64,000 nucleotides of DNA from Escherichia phage E20: sequence record OP745616. One strand, written 5' to 3'. Positions 16,115 through 26,623 of the stretch are shown in pieces; the first letter of the stretch is position 1, and every line of letters begins with the position of its first letter. A model generated the notes under the pieces. The model ran no database searches. It saw nothing but the letters and a program-made list of their open reading frames with translations, and had not been told where the DNA came from. A program made the position numbers and the translations under genes.

Positions 16115-18682
16115 ATGTTAGTTGCAGATACTAATCAATCAGCCACTTCAGCGACACTGGGTGGCAAAGAAGCAATCGCCTTTGGCATCTCTGATGACCC
16201 GGCATTCTTTCACGTATTAAGTACTTCCTTGTATAACAACCCTACTCTGGCAGTAGTCCGTGAGACTATCTGTAACAGTTGGGATGCCCACATTGAAACA
16301 GGTAAGACTGATACACCTATCCGTATTACCATTGATACTGACAACTTTATTACCTTCCGTGACTTTGGTAACGGAATCCCGGATGAACTCATTGGTTCCA
16401 TTTACGGTGTCTATGGTGCATCCACTAAGAAGTCCAACAGCAGTGTTACTGGTGGCTTTGGTCTGGGATGTAAATCCCCATTCGCTTATACAGATAGCTT
16501 CCAGGTTACTTCATGGAACCAAGGAAAGATGTCTGTGTATAACGTAGCTAAGGCTGCAATTGAGAATGATGGTAAACCAGGTATTGTTCCTATTGTTACT
16601 GGTATTCCTACTGAGGAATCTGGTCTGGAAGTTAAATTCCAGTTAGGTAAGCACGACGTAAATACCTTTGTGCATTACATCACATCAATTGTGTTTAACG
16701 GTGAAATTAAGGCCGAGCTTAGTCTTCCCAAATTAATTCGTGAAGAAACAGGTAATAGTATTCAACAAGGTGACTACACGCTACTGAATACATTAGGTAT
16801 GTCATTTGAACCTGGTTCGTATGATATGTCTGATAGCTGGTATCAAAGCTATATGGGTAGCAGTAACATCTTTGTTCGTTACGGTAACGTAATGTACCCA
16901 ATAGTATCCAGCCCAGCTAGTGAAGAAGCTGTAGGTCTTATTCTCAACTTCATGAATATTATTGGTGCTGACACTTTAGTAGTTCAGGCTGCACCAGATA
17001 CCTTAGCTATTGCCCCTAGTCGTGAAACCCTGTCTAACCAGAAGCTAACTGACGATGGTATTACTGCTCTATGTGTAGATTTAGTAGACCGTATGGAGAA
17101 AGAGATTAAGGCTAAGATTCCTGAAGCTATTAAGCAGATTGAAGAATACGCCTCTGAATCTTCTACTCAATATTGGGAATACCCATCTTTCCTGGGTGCT
17201 GTTACAGATAGAACTGTTCAACGCTATATGTCCTCCAGTTTGTGGGCTAAGCAACGTAAGCATCATATTAAGCACTGGCGTAATCTATCCAATAAGGCAT
17301 TACTAGCTCGCCCTGAGTATGCAGGTCTTAAAAAACTGTATAGTAAAGCTATGAGTGCTCTTAAGGATACTCGTGCAGATGGTACAAGATACCCATTCCA
17401 GGAATTAGTATACCGGCATCTGCACTTACCTCAGCTTGCTGCTTTAAAAGCCACTGGTATTAAGTGGTCTGGTTACATAATGAACCAAGGTTATAGTGTT
17501 GACCTGGTGAAAGGTAAACTTACTGACTACTTTAAGATAGGTTATAACTCCCATCTAGGTATTGGTATTTTCACTACTAAGAACGTTGTAGTTACTCGAC
17601 GTTTATCCGACTGTGCAGTCTCTTTCGCATACTTCCCTGAATACAGTAAAGGTGACCTGGAGCGTACAGCTTTTGTTCACGTTGTTAGTCCTAAGAAGGG
17701 AGAAGCAGAAAAAGCTGTAGCTAAGTTCACTGCTATGGGTTATCGGGTTATTAACCTTACTCAATATAATGAGTGGGACAAGCCAACTAACCTCCGCAGA
17801 GAACAAGCTAAGATAGCTGCTGAGAAACGTGCTAAGACGATAGCTGCCAATAAAACCAAAGCAGGAGGTAAAACTAATGCACTGGTTTCATTGAATGCAG
17901 TACTTGGTACTAACCCTGTACGAGATAAAAGTGGCGATTGGGTATCTAAGCCGTACATTGACGGGGGATTTGCTGACCCAGCACGCCATGAGAAATACGG
18001 TTTTGTTGAGGTAGAACAGCCTAAGTACTACGTACTAGCCAATCAGGTTGGTTCTGGTAGTCCTGTAACTGCTCGAATTGGAACCATGTGGAAATGGTAC
18101 GAGTTATCTGATGAGATGAAAGCAGAGACTGTTGTCTGTCGCAATCAAATCGAGGCTAACAAGGCCAAACGACGTGGTGCTATACACATTGATGATGTTC
18201 GTTTTAACGAACTGATGTCAGTTATTACCAGTAAAGTTTTCAAGAAATATGTTACTGAACACCGTATTGGTATTCTGGAATATGTAGGACTTGATGACAG
18301 AGAATATTGGGAAATCCTTGATATTCTGGGGCTAACCTTCAAACCATTACAGAATCTGATTTTTAAACCAGAGTATGAATGGGCATATGACTTTCTAAGG
18401 AATCGACCACATGGCTACAAAGAAAAACTTGTTGAAATGGGTTGTATTAAGTCAGTGGATGACTTAGAGCCATATACAATGATGGTTAATCCACGTAATC
18501 ATAAGTACTTTGAAATGCTTAATCAATACAAAGGATTATTCCGTTATAGCTGGGGTGCTGGTGACATACTACAGAGTCTGGACTTAGGTAGTTTAGTTAA
18601 ACATCTCAAGAGAAATCCAGAGGATATTCCTGGGTTTAAGTCCCTCTACCGTAATCGTCTAAATAAACTGAAAGGTAAATAA
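16115..18682 (+). CDS. rIIA: rIIA-like protein with N-terminal GHKL-type ATPase domain, 855 aa
   Basis: GHKL N-box ETICNSWDA, G1 box DFGNG, G2 box GGFGLG; size and position as in N4-like phages. Confidence 0.6.
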   Translation: MLVADTNQSATSATLGGKEAIAFGISDDPAFFHVLSTSLYNNPTLAVVRETICNSWDAHIETGKTDTPIRITIDTDNFITFRDFGNGIPDELIGSIYGVYGASTKKSNSSVTGGFGLGCKSPFAYTDSFQVTSWNQGKMSVYNVAKAAIENDGKPGIVPIVTGIPTEESGLEVKFQLGKHDVNTFVHYITSIVFNGEIKAELSLPKLIREETGNSIQQGDYTLLNTLGMSFEPGSYDMSDSWYQSYMGSSNIFVRYGNVMYPIVSSPASEEAVGLILNFMNIIGADTLVVQAAPDTLAIAPSRETLSNQKLTDDGITALCVDLVDRMEKEIKAKIPEAIKQIEEYASESSTQYWEYPSFLGAVTDRTVQRYMSSSLWAKQRKHHIKHWRNLSNKALLARPEYAGLKKLYSKAMSALKDTRADGTRYPFQELVYRHLHLPQLAALKATGIKWSGYIMNQGYSVDLVKGKLTDYFKIGYNSHLGIGIFTTKNVVVTRRLSDCAVSFAYFPEYSKGDLERTAFVHVVSPKKGEAEKAVAKFTAMGYRVINLTQYNEWDKPTNLRREQAKIAAEKRAKTIAANKTKAGGKTNALVSLNAVLGTNPVRDKSGDWVSKPYIDGGFADPARHEKYGFVEVEQPKYYVLANQVGSGSPVTARIGTMWKWYELSDEMKAETVVCRNQIEANKAKRRGAIHIDDVRFNELMSVITSKVFKKYVTEHRIGILEYVGLDDREYWEILDILGLTFKPLQNLIFKPEYEWAYDFLRNRPHGYKEKLVEMGCIKSVDDLEPYTMMVNPRNHKYFEMLNQYKGLFRYSWGAGDILQSLDLGSLVKHLKRNPEDIPGFKSLYRNRLNKLKGK

Positions 18683-18686
18683 TCTG

Positions 18687-20717
18687 ATGAAAATCGAATT
18701 GATTTCTATCATCGCACTGGCAGTTGACAGTCGAAACCTTACACTGTGGAAGCCTGATGGCTCCACGGTTGTATATCCACAGAGTGACCCACGGGTTGCT
18801 CGTATTGTATCTGAAGCACAGACTAAAGGTCTGGGCACTATCCATGACCAAATAGAAGTAAACATTGCACCAGAAGTAGAGTTACGTACTGAATATCTGG
18901 AAGCAGAGAAGAACACCAACGGATTCGTCCGTTTCTTCAAGGTAGCTAAGGCTAAACTCATAGAGTTCTTCGAGGATGGTACAAGTGACCAACCAGCCCG
19001 TACCATCCCGGATATTAAGCTGGGTAATCCTACGAAAACTCTGGTGTCTAAAGCCATGGATACCTTCCTGGCTGTTCAGGCTAATGAACCAGAAGTAACA
19101 GTAGCAGACGGTTGTTACGATAAACGTGACAATCTAATGTGGGTTACTGGCTGGGATAAAGACCATAACCATCCTGCACTGGTTCGTTTTATTAACGACG
19201 TACTAGGTTGGGGTTATGACCATACTAACCGTATTCTTAGACGGGAATGGCCTATTGGAATTCGTGCAGTATCTGATGATGAAATGGGGGAGTTTGCTAA
19301 ACAAGCCCAGAACATCAAAGGTGTACACGTTGTATTTACCAACCGTGAAGAAACACCATTGCCTTATGAGGAAGTAGTTAAAACTACGAACCAGGATAAG
19401 CTGGCTGCTGCTTCTGAGAAGTTAGCTGCATTAGGTGCTATCAGTACCGATAATGCTAACTTCCACACTGATGTGAAGGAAGATGAGGTAGTTGTTGCTG
19501 TTACCAACAATGGGGTTATCCCTGGAGTTGAGAACCTGCAACGTCACCTGCGTCAATCTGCCAAGCTAAAAGACTACAAGGGCTTTACCAAGTTCCTTGA
19601 GCGTCTAGCTCCGGTTATTAAAGACCGTTTGCACTCAGTGGAAGACCTGATGAAGTTCATGGAAACTGCTGAACTGCCTATTGCTGATGATGGTTCCATC
19701 CTGTTCCTGAAACGCCTTAAGTTCAGAGGCGAAGAAAATGGTAAACGTGTATTCGTTGACTGTCACTCAGGCAATATCCGTCAATGGGTAGGCTGTAAGG
19801 TACAGGTACGAGAAGACCTGGTAGACCCTGACCGTCGTCAGGACTGCTCTAACGGTCTGCATGTGGCATCCATGAGTTACATCCGTACCTTCGGTGGTAA
19901 CGTAACTATTCTTGGTAAAGTAGCACCAGAAGATGTATTTGCTGTTCCTGAGTACAACACTAATAAGATGCGTGTAGCTGCGTATCACATTATTGCTGAA
20001 CTTCCAGAAGAGGAACGTATTAACGTTAACAATGGTATCTACCTGTCTAAGACAAAAGTGGGTAAGAAATTACTTAATGATGCCATCGTTGGGAACCATA
20101 GTTCACCTACCACACTTGTTATGGTTGGTGGTCACTATGGTACTAACCTCAAATACACCAATCTCTCATCTGGTTCTGTAGAACAATTCCGTACAGTTGC
20201 TAACAAAGAAGCACTGAATATGGAAGAGTCACTCAATGAAGCTGTAGCTGCTGAACCAGTGAAGGCTACTGACCTTAAACCTATTGTTAATAAGGCCCCT
20301 ACCGTGAAAGAACAAATTCAGGAACTGGTAAAAGAGTTCCTCACTGCAACAACCCCAGAAGATAAATTAGCTGCTGCTGACCTTCTGGTAGAACTGCGTT
20401 CCAAAGCCAGAAAGCCTTGGGGTGCATTCGATGTAGGTAGTGATGTAGTAGCTAAGATTGCTGATGTACGTGCAACCTATACAGCTAAGCCTGTTGGCAA
20501 ACCTGTGAAGGTTAAAGCCACCAAGTCTAAGTCAGTATCTAAGGGTAAGAATGCAGACATCATTCGTTCCTGGCTCAATGATACTGGTATGTCTGATTAT
20601 CAGAAAGCCCACTCCATTCATGACCTGAAACGTGCAGCTAAGAAGTCATATGCTGCTATGGGTCTTACTGAAGAAGAGTGCAAAGCCATTGATAAGCTGA
20701 AGCACCACCTTAAGTAA
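18687..20717 (+). CDS. rIIB: rIIB-like protein (by synteny), 676 aa
   Basis: Immediately downstream of rIIA-like gene, co-oriented; no motif recognised directly. Confidence 0.4.
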   Translation: MKIELISIIALAVDSRNLTLWKPDGSTVVYPQSDPRVARIVSEAQTKGLGTIHDQIEVNIAPEVELRTEYLEAEKNTNGFVRFFKVAKAKLIEFFEDGTSDQPARTIPDIKLGNPTKTLVSKAMDTFLAVQANEPEVTVADGCYDKRDNLMWVTGWDKDHNHPALVRFINDVLGWGYDHTNRILRREWPIGIRAVSDDEMGEFAKQAQNIKGVHVVFTNREETPLPYEEVVKTTNQDKLAAASEKLAALGAISTDNANFHTDVKEDEVVVAVTNNGVIPGVENLQRHLRQSAKLKDYKGFTKFLERLAPVIKDRLHSVEDLMKFMETAELPIADDGSILFLKRLKFRGEENGKRVFVDCHSGNIRQWVGCKVQVREDLVDPDRRQDCSNGLHVASMSYIRTFGGNVTILGKVAPEDVFAVPEYNTNKMRVAAYHIIAELPEEERINVNNGIYLSKTKVGKKLLNDAIVGNHSSPTTLVMVGGHYGTNLKYTNLSSGSVEQFRTVANKEALNMEESLNEAVAAEPVKATDLKPIVNKAPTVKEQIQELVKEFLTATTPEDKLAAADLLVELRSKARKPWGAFDVGSDVVAKIADVRATYTAKPVGKPVKVKATKSKSVSKGKNADIIRSWLNDTGMSDYQKAHSIHDLKRAAKKSYAAMGLTEEECKAIDKLKHHLK

Positions 20718-20732
20718 TAGCCTGTTCAAATG

Positions 20733-20764
20733 GCCTCACTTATAATAAAGTGAGGCTATCTTTG
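20733..20764 (+). terminator. Possible terminator hairpin
   Basis: GCCTCACT-TATAATAA-AGTGAGGC then TATCTTTG. Confidence 0.45.
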
Positions 20765-20779
20765 AAGAGGAAATAAGCT

Positions 20780-21175
20780 ATGTCTAAAGTATTCAGAAGT
20801 AATCGCAAAGCAACTGATGAAGACATCATTCGTATGAATGCTGTTGGTCTGTCCCTCGCAACTATCGCTAAGACGTTGGGGGTTCACCCCACTACGGTTA
20901 CTTTGCGATTGCGTTCTCTAAACATTGAACCAGCCGACACACGTCGGACGTTCATGGAGAATGTACTCCGTCCATTACCAACCCATGTGGCAGATTGGCT
21001 TTCAGAACAAGTTGGTCCTAAGTACGAGATTCGCTCATACGTAAGAGACTTGATTCTGGAGGCATATAATAATCGCCACCTTAACCAAGAGAGTGAGCAT
21101 GACAAGTTCATCCGTTTGTACGCTGGCAAAAACCGAAGCCTGGTTCAAGAAGGTAGTACCGAATCCAACGAGTAA
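20780..21175 (+). CDS. HTH DNA-binding protein (131 aa)
   Basis: GLSLATIAKTLGVHPTTVTLRLR helix-turn-helix-like segment. Confidence 0.45.
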   Translation: MSKVFRSNRKATDEDIIRMNAVGLSLATIAKTLGVHPTTVTLRLRSLNIEPADTRRTFMENVLRPLPTHVADWLSEQVGPKYEIRSYVRDLILEAYNNRHLNQESEHDKFIRLYAGKNRSLVQEGSTESNE

Positions 21176-21191
21176 GAATATTAGTACCCAG

Positions 21192-21563
21192 ATGGGTTGC
21201 CATTTGGAGGAAGTAGTAGAGATGCTGGATGTACTCCAGACTAAATATCCTGGTTACAAAAACAAGTTAGATGATGCTCGTAAACATTTACGCTTCATTT
21301 CCAACTTACTGAAACAGGAAGAAGGTAGCTTCTTCATTCAGGAAGAAGACCGTGTGGAACTACTGGACGCACTGGCAGATCAGATTGTTACAGCAACTGG
21401 CGTCGGTACTTTCCTTGGGATGAATGTCTCCGGAGCATTGGCAGAAGTAAATCGCTCAAACTATTCAAAATTTAACGCTGAAGGTGAACCAATCTTCAAC
21501 GAAAATATGAAAGTCATGAAAGGCCCATTTTATACAAAGCCTGATTTAACCCCTTACGTCTAA
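21192..21563 (+). CDS. Hypothetical protein, possibly all-alpha NTP pyrophosphohydrolase (MazG-like); 123 aa from ATG 21192 (ORF track 21093)
   Basis: Weak resemblance only; start chosen to avoid overlap with upstream gene. Confidence 0.35.
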   Translation: MGCHLEEVVEMLDVLQTKYPGYKNKLDDARKHLRFISNLLKQEEGSFFIQEEDRVELLDALADQIVTATGVGTFLGMNVSGALAEVNRSNYSKFNAEGEPIFNENMKVMKGPFYTKPDLTPYV

Positions 21564-21585
21564 CCCTCTACGGAGGGTTTTTTAC
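21563..21585 (+). terminator. Rho-independent terminator
   Basis: AACCCTC-TACG-GAGGGTT then TTTTT. Confidence 0.65.
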
Positions 21586-21596
21586 TGGAGATTTAA

Positions 21597-22907
21597 ATGT
21601 TTTCCAAACCTACCAAAGCCCCATTGAACCAGGGGCAAGAAGCGGTTGCGAAGGAGTTCTTCGACTTCCTGCTCGACCCTAATGCCACAGAGTTCGGAAT
21701 CAGTGGACCTGGAGGAACTGGTAAGACATTCCTGATGTCGCACCTGATTGATGACACTATGCCTGCATATATGGAAACCTGTTCTCTGATGGGAACCAAG
21801 CCTCTGTATAACGAAGTTGTCATGACAGCGACCACGAACAAAGCTGCTGAAGTTCTGGCTCAGGCTACTGGACGTCCAACGTCTACCTATCATTCCTTCC
21901 AGGGGCTGATTGTTAAGAATGACTTTAAGACAGGTGAGGCTAATGTCGTACCGTCTAAGTCATTCACTATTAAGAAGAACAAAATCATCTTCGTAGATGA
22001 AGCATCCATGATTGACCGTCAGTTACTTAAGTATGCTCGTGAAGGTACTCACCAGTGCAAACTGGTATTCGTAGGTGATGCTTCTCAGCTTCTGCCCGTT
22101 AAAGAGAGTAAGTCTCCAGTGTATGCAGGTAATATCCCAACACACTATCTGACTGAACAAATGCGTACCGATACACCAGAACTCAAAGCATTGCACCAGC
22201 AATTGCGTGATACGGTGGAGGGTAAGACAGGCTTCCTGCCTATTAAATGTATTCCGGGCATTATTGACTGGGTACAAGGAGAAGAGATGGAGAAACTGGT
22301 TCTCAGTCACTTCACCCAACCCACCAACAGCCGTATTGTTGCTTACACAAATGACCAGGTTATTAATTACAATAACTACATTCGTGAAGCTAATGGCTAC
22401 GTGGGTGAATACTCCATCGGTGAACAGCTTGTTTCTAACTCAGCCGTTCGCTTAGGCGTGGATGACCGTCTGTCTATCGAGCAGGACGTAAAACTCATTG
22501 ACCAGGATAGCAGTACTCGCATGATTAAGGTTACAGGTGACCTGGAACTGGAAGTTCGTGATAGTACTCTCGATCTTGGTTATGGTGGTATCGTAAGTGA
22601 AGTACCAGTTCCTACCGACCCAGACTACTTTAACCGTTTGGTTAAGTGGTTAGGTAAAGAGAAGAACTGGGAACCTTATTTCCGTCTTAAAGAAACCATT
22701 CCAGACCTCCGTGCTACTCATGCATGTACTGTTCATAAATCACAAGGCTCTACTTACGACACAATCTTCATTGATGCAGATGACCTCTCAAGCTGTCGCC
22801 AACCTGATATGGTTGCCCGTCTGCTTTACGTCGCTGTGTCCCGTGCCCGTAAGCGTGTAGTGTTCTATGGCAATCTTGCCAGTAAGTATGGTGGTCTAAC
22901 TTTCTAA
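21597..22907 (+). CDS. SF1 Dda/RecD-like DNA helicase, 436 aa
   Basis: Walker A GPGGTGKT, Walker B FVDEASM, C-terminal VHKSQGSTYD and AVSRARKRV motifs. Confidence 0.8.
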   Translation: MFSKPTKAPLNQGQEAVAKEFFDFLLDPNATEFGISGPGGTGKTFLMSHLIDDTMPAYMETCSLMGTKPLYNEVVMTATTNKAAEVLAQATGRPTSTYHSFQGLIVKNDFKTGEANVVPSKSFTIKKNKIIFVDEASMIDRQLLKYAREGTHQCKLVFVGDASQLLPVKESKSPVYAGNIPTHYLTEQMRTDTPELKALHQQLRDTVEGKTGFLPIKCIPGIIDWVQGEEMEKLVLSHFTQPTNSRIVAYTNDQVINYNNYIREANGYVGEYSIGEQLVSNSAVRLGVDDRLSIEQDVKLIDQDSSTRMIKVTGDLELEVRDSTLDLGYGGIVSEVPVPTDPDYFNRLVKWLGKEKNWEPYFRLKETIPDLRATHACTVHKSQGSTYDTIFIDADDLSSCRQPDMVARLLYVAVSRARKRVVFYGNLASKYGGLTF

Positions 22908-22917
22908 GGGAGGGTAT

Positions 22918-23448
22918 ATGCCTCAGATTGGTTCAGCAACTATTGGTCAGGTTGCCAATAGCAGCGAAATAGTCAAGCACCTGTTCTTAGCAGAACTGGT
23001 TCGTCTTGATGGTGTGTTAAACGGTATCATTGATAAGAATGACCGTATTAATGGTGTAGATGTATCGGCTGGATTCCTTCACCAAGGGGAGTTCTATCAG
23101 CGTTCTAATGCTTCCAGACCCCCAACCTACGGAGAACGATTAACGCTTAATCCAGAACTCTGGCCTGCAATGGACAAGTATCTAAAAGCCTCCAGCCGTC
23201 TGATTATGGAAGTACACCTTGTGAACCAGACTGTATATCGACTGGTTCGTGGTTGTATGTCCTATCAGGATGTACGTGATGCTTTACCTGAATGTCTGGT
23301 AGCACAAGACCAGACTGGTCAGTACAAAGGACTACCGCGTACTCGTGAAGCAGCTTGGACTCTTGCTGGTGATGCTATGGCAATCAAACAGTATGAGAAG
23401 ATTCTACCTTCTATTGAGTACTATGCAGCTTCACATCTGATCTTCTAA
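22918..23448 (+). CDS. Hypothetical protein (176 aa)
   Basis: ORF in replication module. Confidence 0.5.
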   Translation: MPQIGSATIGQVANSSEIVKHLFLAELVRLDGVLNGIIDKNDRINGVDVSAGFLHQGEFYQRSNASRPPTYGERLTLNPELWPAMDKYLKASSRLIMEVHLVNQTVYRLVRGCMSYQDVRDALPECLVAQDQTGQYKGLPRTREAAWTLAGDAMAIKQYEKILPSIEYYAASHLIF

Positions 23449-23457
23449 GGTAAAGCT

Positions 23458-26037
23458 ATGCGTTACATCACCTCTCAGGATACTGGCAAGTATCCTATTG
23501 CTATCCTCGGTCATCAAATCCGAAGGGAGGAGATGATTAAAACCTACCTGCTGCCTTATGACCTAAGCATGGAAGATTTCATCTTCCTTGAACTTCATTC
23601 TGCCCCAGGTAAGAAGAAGACTCCTGCAAGGGAGATCAAGGAGTTCATACAGCAGGAACTGCAACAAGTACTGGACGATGCAGAGACTCGGTACATTATC
23701 TGTACCGATTCTGACTATTTCAAAATACTGACTAAAGAAGCTAAAGCAGAGGCAAACCTCGGCTATGTTTGTGATTCAGTATGGGGTAAGCAGAAGGTTA
23801 TCTATACACCCAGTTACAGACAGGTCTTTTATGACCCACCTGTAGTGAAAGCCAAGATTGCTCAGGGTATGGATGCATTACTTAACCACATTCGTGGACA
23901 GTATGCTGAACCAGGACAGGGAATCATTGAGTTTGAAGCCTATCCAGATACGCCTGAAAAGATTAAAGCCTGGTTAGACCAGTTGCTTGAGATGAATAAG
24001 CCTCTGGCTATAGACATCGAATCCTTCGGTTTAAAGCACTATAACGCTGGTATAGGAACGATTACGTTCTGTTGGAGTAAGACACAAGGCATAGCCTTTA
24101 ATGTGGACTACGAGCCGATTAAGGGGGCTACTGAAGCTCCTTATGGGCGTATCAACAGGAACGATGTTGTTCGTAACCTATTACGTGAGTTCTTCATTAA
24201 GTACACACAGCGGCAGATGTATCACAACATTAGCTATGACGTGTACATACTTATCTATCAGTTATTCATGGATAATCTGATTGATACGGAGGGCTTACTG
24301 CATGGCATGGAAATCATGCTGCGTAACTGGGACTGTACTAAGTTAATCACATATCTGGCTACTAACAGTTGTGCTGGCAATCACCTTAGTCTTAAAGACC
24401 AGGCTCAGGAGTATGCTGGTAACTATGCTCAGGATGATATTAAAGACATTCGTCTTATTCCTAATGAGCAATTGTTACGCTACAACCTCATTGATGGTTT
24501 GTGTACGTGGTACACCTACGAGAAGCACTGGGATACTCTCATTGCTGATGACCAACTGGATGTTTACAACAACATCTTTAAACCAGCCTGTGAAGACATT
24601 ATTCAGATGCAGTTAACCGGTATGCCCATGAATATGGAAACCGTTAACCAAGTAGCTGAAGAGATGGAAACTGACAGGAACCAGGCACTGAAAACTATTC
24701 ATGAGTCTAAGCTCATGAAGAACTTCACCCTGATGCTTCGTCAGGAATGGGTAGACGATAAGAATGCTAAGCTTAAGAAGAAGCAGGTAACGCTGGCTGA
24801 TTGTGACATCGAGTTTAATCCTAACTCCGGTCCACAATTACAGAAACTGTTATTTGATTATATTGGCTTACCAGTTCTTAGTCTTACTAAGAGCAAGCAA
24901 CCTGCTACTGACGGTGACACTATTAAAGCACTGCGTACACATACGCAGAGTGAAGATGTTAAGGAACTGCTCAATGCACTTATCGACTATAAACTCGTGG
25001 ATAAGATTATCACTTCATTCATACCAGCTTTCCGTAATGCACAACCTGGACCAGATGGATGGCACTACCTGTTCGGTAACCTCAATCTTGGAGGAACGGT
25101 ATCAGGACGTCTCTCAGCGTCCGAACCTAATCTACAGACCATCCCCAGTGGTTCTAAATATGCCAAGAAGATTAAGAAATGCTTCGAAGCACCACCAGGC
25201 TGGATATTTTGTGGACTGGACTTTGCAAGCCTTGAAGACCGTATCTCAGCTTTAACTACGAAAGACCCTCAGAAACTTAAGGTATATACCGATGGTTACG
25301 ATGGGCATAGTCTACGTGCGTATGCTTACTTTGGTGAGCAGATGCCAGACATTGTAGATACAGTTGAGTCAATTAATTCTATTCAGACGAAGTACAAGCA
25401 CTTGCGTAGTGATTCCAAAGCCCCAACGTTCTTGCTTACCTATGGTGGCACGTATATGGGCTTGATGAAAAACTGTGGCTTCTCAGAAGAGAAAGCTAAG
25501 ACAACAGAGAAACGTTATCACGACCTCTATGTAGTTAGTGATATGTGGGTTCAGGCTAAGCTAGACGAAGCTGCCAAAACTGGTTATGTAACTGCTGCAT
25601 TTGGTTTGAGAGTGCGTACTCCTTTACTGGCTCAGGTATTACGTGGGACATGTAAGACTCCATATGAAGCAGAAGCTGAAGGTAGAACTGCTGGTAATGC
25701 CTTGGGGCAAAGCTGGTGTCTACTGAATAACCGTGCTGGTTCAGAGTTTATGCGTAAAGTCAGAGCCAGTGAGTTCAGATTAGATATACGTCCTAGTATT
25801 CACATTCATGATGCTCAGTACTTCATGATTCGTGACAACATGGATACCTTGCAGTACACGAACAAGCATTTGGTTGAAGCCGTTAACTGGCAAGACCATC
25901 CTGATATTGCTCATCCAGAAGTTGGTTTGGGTGGGGAACTATCCTTGTTTTACCCAACGTGGGCTAACGAGATTGAGATTCCAAATCACGCTACCCCAGA
26001 AGAAGTTAATCAAATAATTCAAAAGGCATTCGCATGA
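23458..26037 (+). CDS. Family A DNA polymerase with 3'-5' exonuclease domain, 859 aa
   Basis: Exo motif DIESFG; Pol A motif A LDFASLEDR, motif B KAPTFLLTYGG, motif C HIHDAQ; PNLQTIPS. Confidence 0.9.
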   Translation: MRYITSQDTGKYPIAILGHQIRREEMIKTYLLPYDLSMEDFIFLELHSAPGKKKTPAREIKEFIQQELQQVLDDAETRYIICTDSDYFKILTKEAKAEANLGYVCDSVWGKQKVIYTPSYRQVFYDPPVVKAKIAQGMDALLNHIRGQYAEPGQGIIEFEAYPDTPEKIKAWLDQLLEMNKPLAIDIESFGLKHYNAGIGTITFCWSKTQGIAFNVDYEPIKGATEAPYGRINRNDVVRNLLREFFIKYTQRQMYHNISYDVYILIYQLFMDNLIDTEGLLHGMEIMLRNWDCTKLITYLATNSCAGNHLSLKDQAQEYAGNYAQDDIKDIRLIPNEQLLRYNLIDGLCTWYTYEKHWDTLIADDQLDVYNNIFKPACEDIIQMQLTGMPMNMETVNQVAEEMETDRNQALKTIHESKLMKNFTLMLRQEWVDDKNAKLKKKQVTLADCDIEFNPNSGPQLQKLLFDYIGLPVLSLTKSKQPATDGDTIKALRTHTQSEDVKELLNALIDYKLVDKIITSFIPAFRNAQPGPDGWHYLFGNLNLGGTVSGRLSASEPNLQTIPSGSKYAKKIKKCFEAPPGWIFCGLDFASLEDRISALTTKDPQKLKVYTDGYDGHSLRAYAYFGEQMPDIVDTVESINSIQTKYKHLRSDSKAPTFLLTYGGTYMGLMKNCGFSEEKAKTTEKRYHDLYVVSDMWVQAKLDEAAKTGYVTAAFGLRVRTPLLAQVLRGTCKTPYEAEAEGRTAGNALGQSWCLLNNRAGSEFMRKVRASEFRLDIRPSIHIHDAQYFMIRDNMDTLQYTNKHLVEAVNWQDHPDIAHPEVGLGGELSLFYPTWANEIEIPNHATPEEVNQIIQKAFA

Positions 26038-26339
26038 CTAAAAGTACTAAAGAAACCGTCGTCAAAAAATATCATTGGATGGTGGCAGCACAGGTAATCT
26101 TCCAGCTTCCTAAAGCTGAAGATGGTTCCCTGCTTACCATGAACACAATGCTGCTCACTGACGAACCTCATGTGACTTATAAAGATTTGGCTCGTGTCAA
26201 TCACTCCCTGAAGATTAGTCTGGACCAGCGTTTCGACACCTCGGTTGACCTGAAAGATATTGTTTATCTGTCTCTTAGCAACCTGGGTCTGATGTCTGAA
26301 CCAGAGTTCCAGGCAAACATGATTCCCAAGGGGGAATAA
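26034..26339 (+). CDS. Hypothetical protein (101 aa)
   Basis: ORF. Confidence 0.5.
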   Translation: MTKSTKETVVKKYHWMVAAQVIFQLPKAEDGSLLTMNTMLLTDEPHVTYKDLARVNHSLKISLDQRFDTSVDLKDIVYLSLSNLGLMSEPEFQANMIPKGE

Positions 26340-26623
26340 TGACTAAGCTCTCCGGTGGTCTTAATAACTACTATGTAGTTCCAATTAAGAATCCCCAACG
26401 GAAAGAGCAAGAGCCATATCAAGCAGAGTGTGAGGATATTATCCAAGCACTGGGCATGACCTTCGATGAAGGTTGTGCCTTTAAAGCTCTATGGCGAAAT
26501 GCTGCTGCCCGTATGGGTAATGGTAAACCAGGTAACTCTTCGGTGTACGACTCAGAGAAGATTGTGCACTATGCCAATCGAATATTGAAAAAGGCTTATA
26601 ATGAAGATAACCAACAATCATGA
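26339..26623 (+). CDS. Hypothetical protein (94 aa)
   Basis: ORF. Confidence 0.5.
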   Translation: MTKLSGGLNNYYVVPIKNPQRKEQEPYQAECEDIIQALGMTFDEGCAFKALWRNAAARMGNGKPGNSSVYDSEKIVHYANRILKKAYNEDNQQS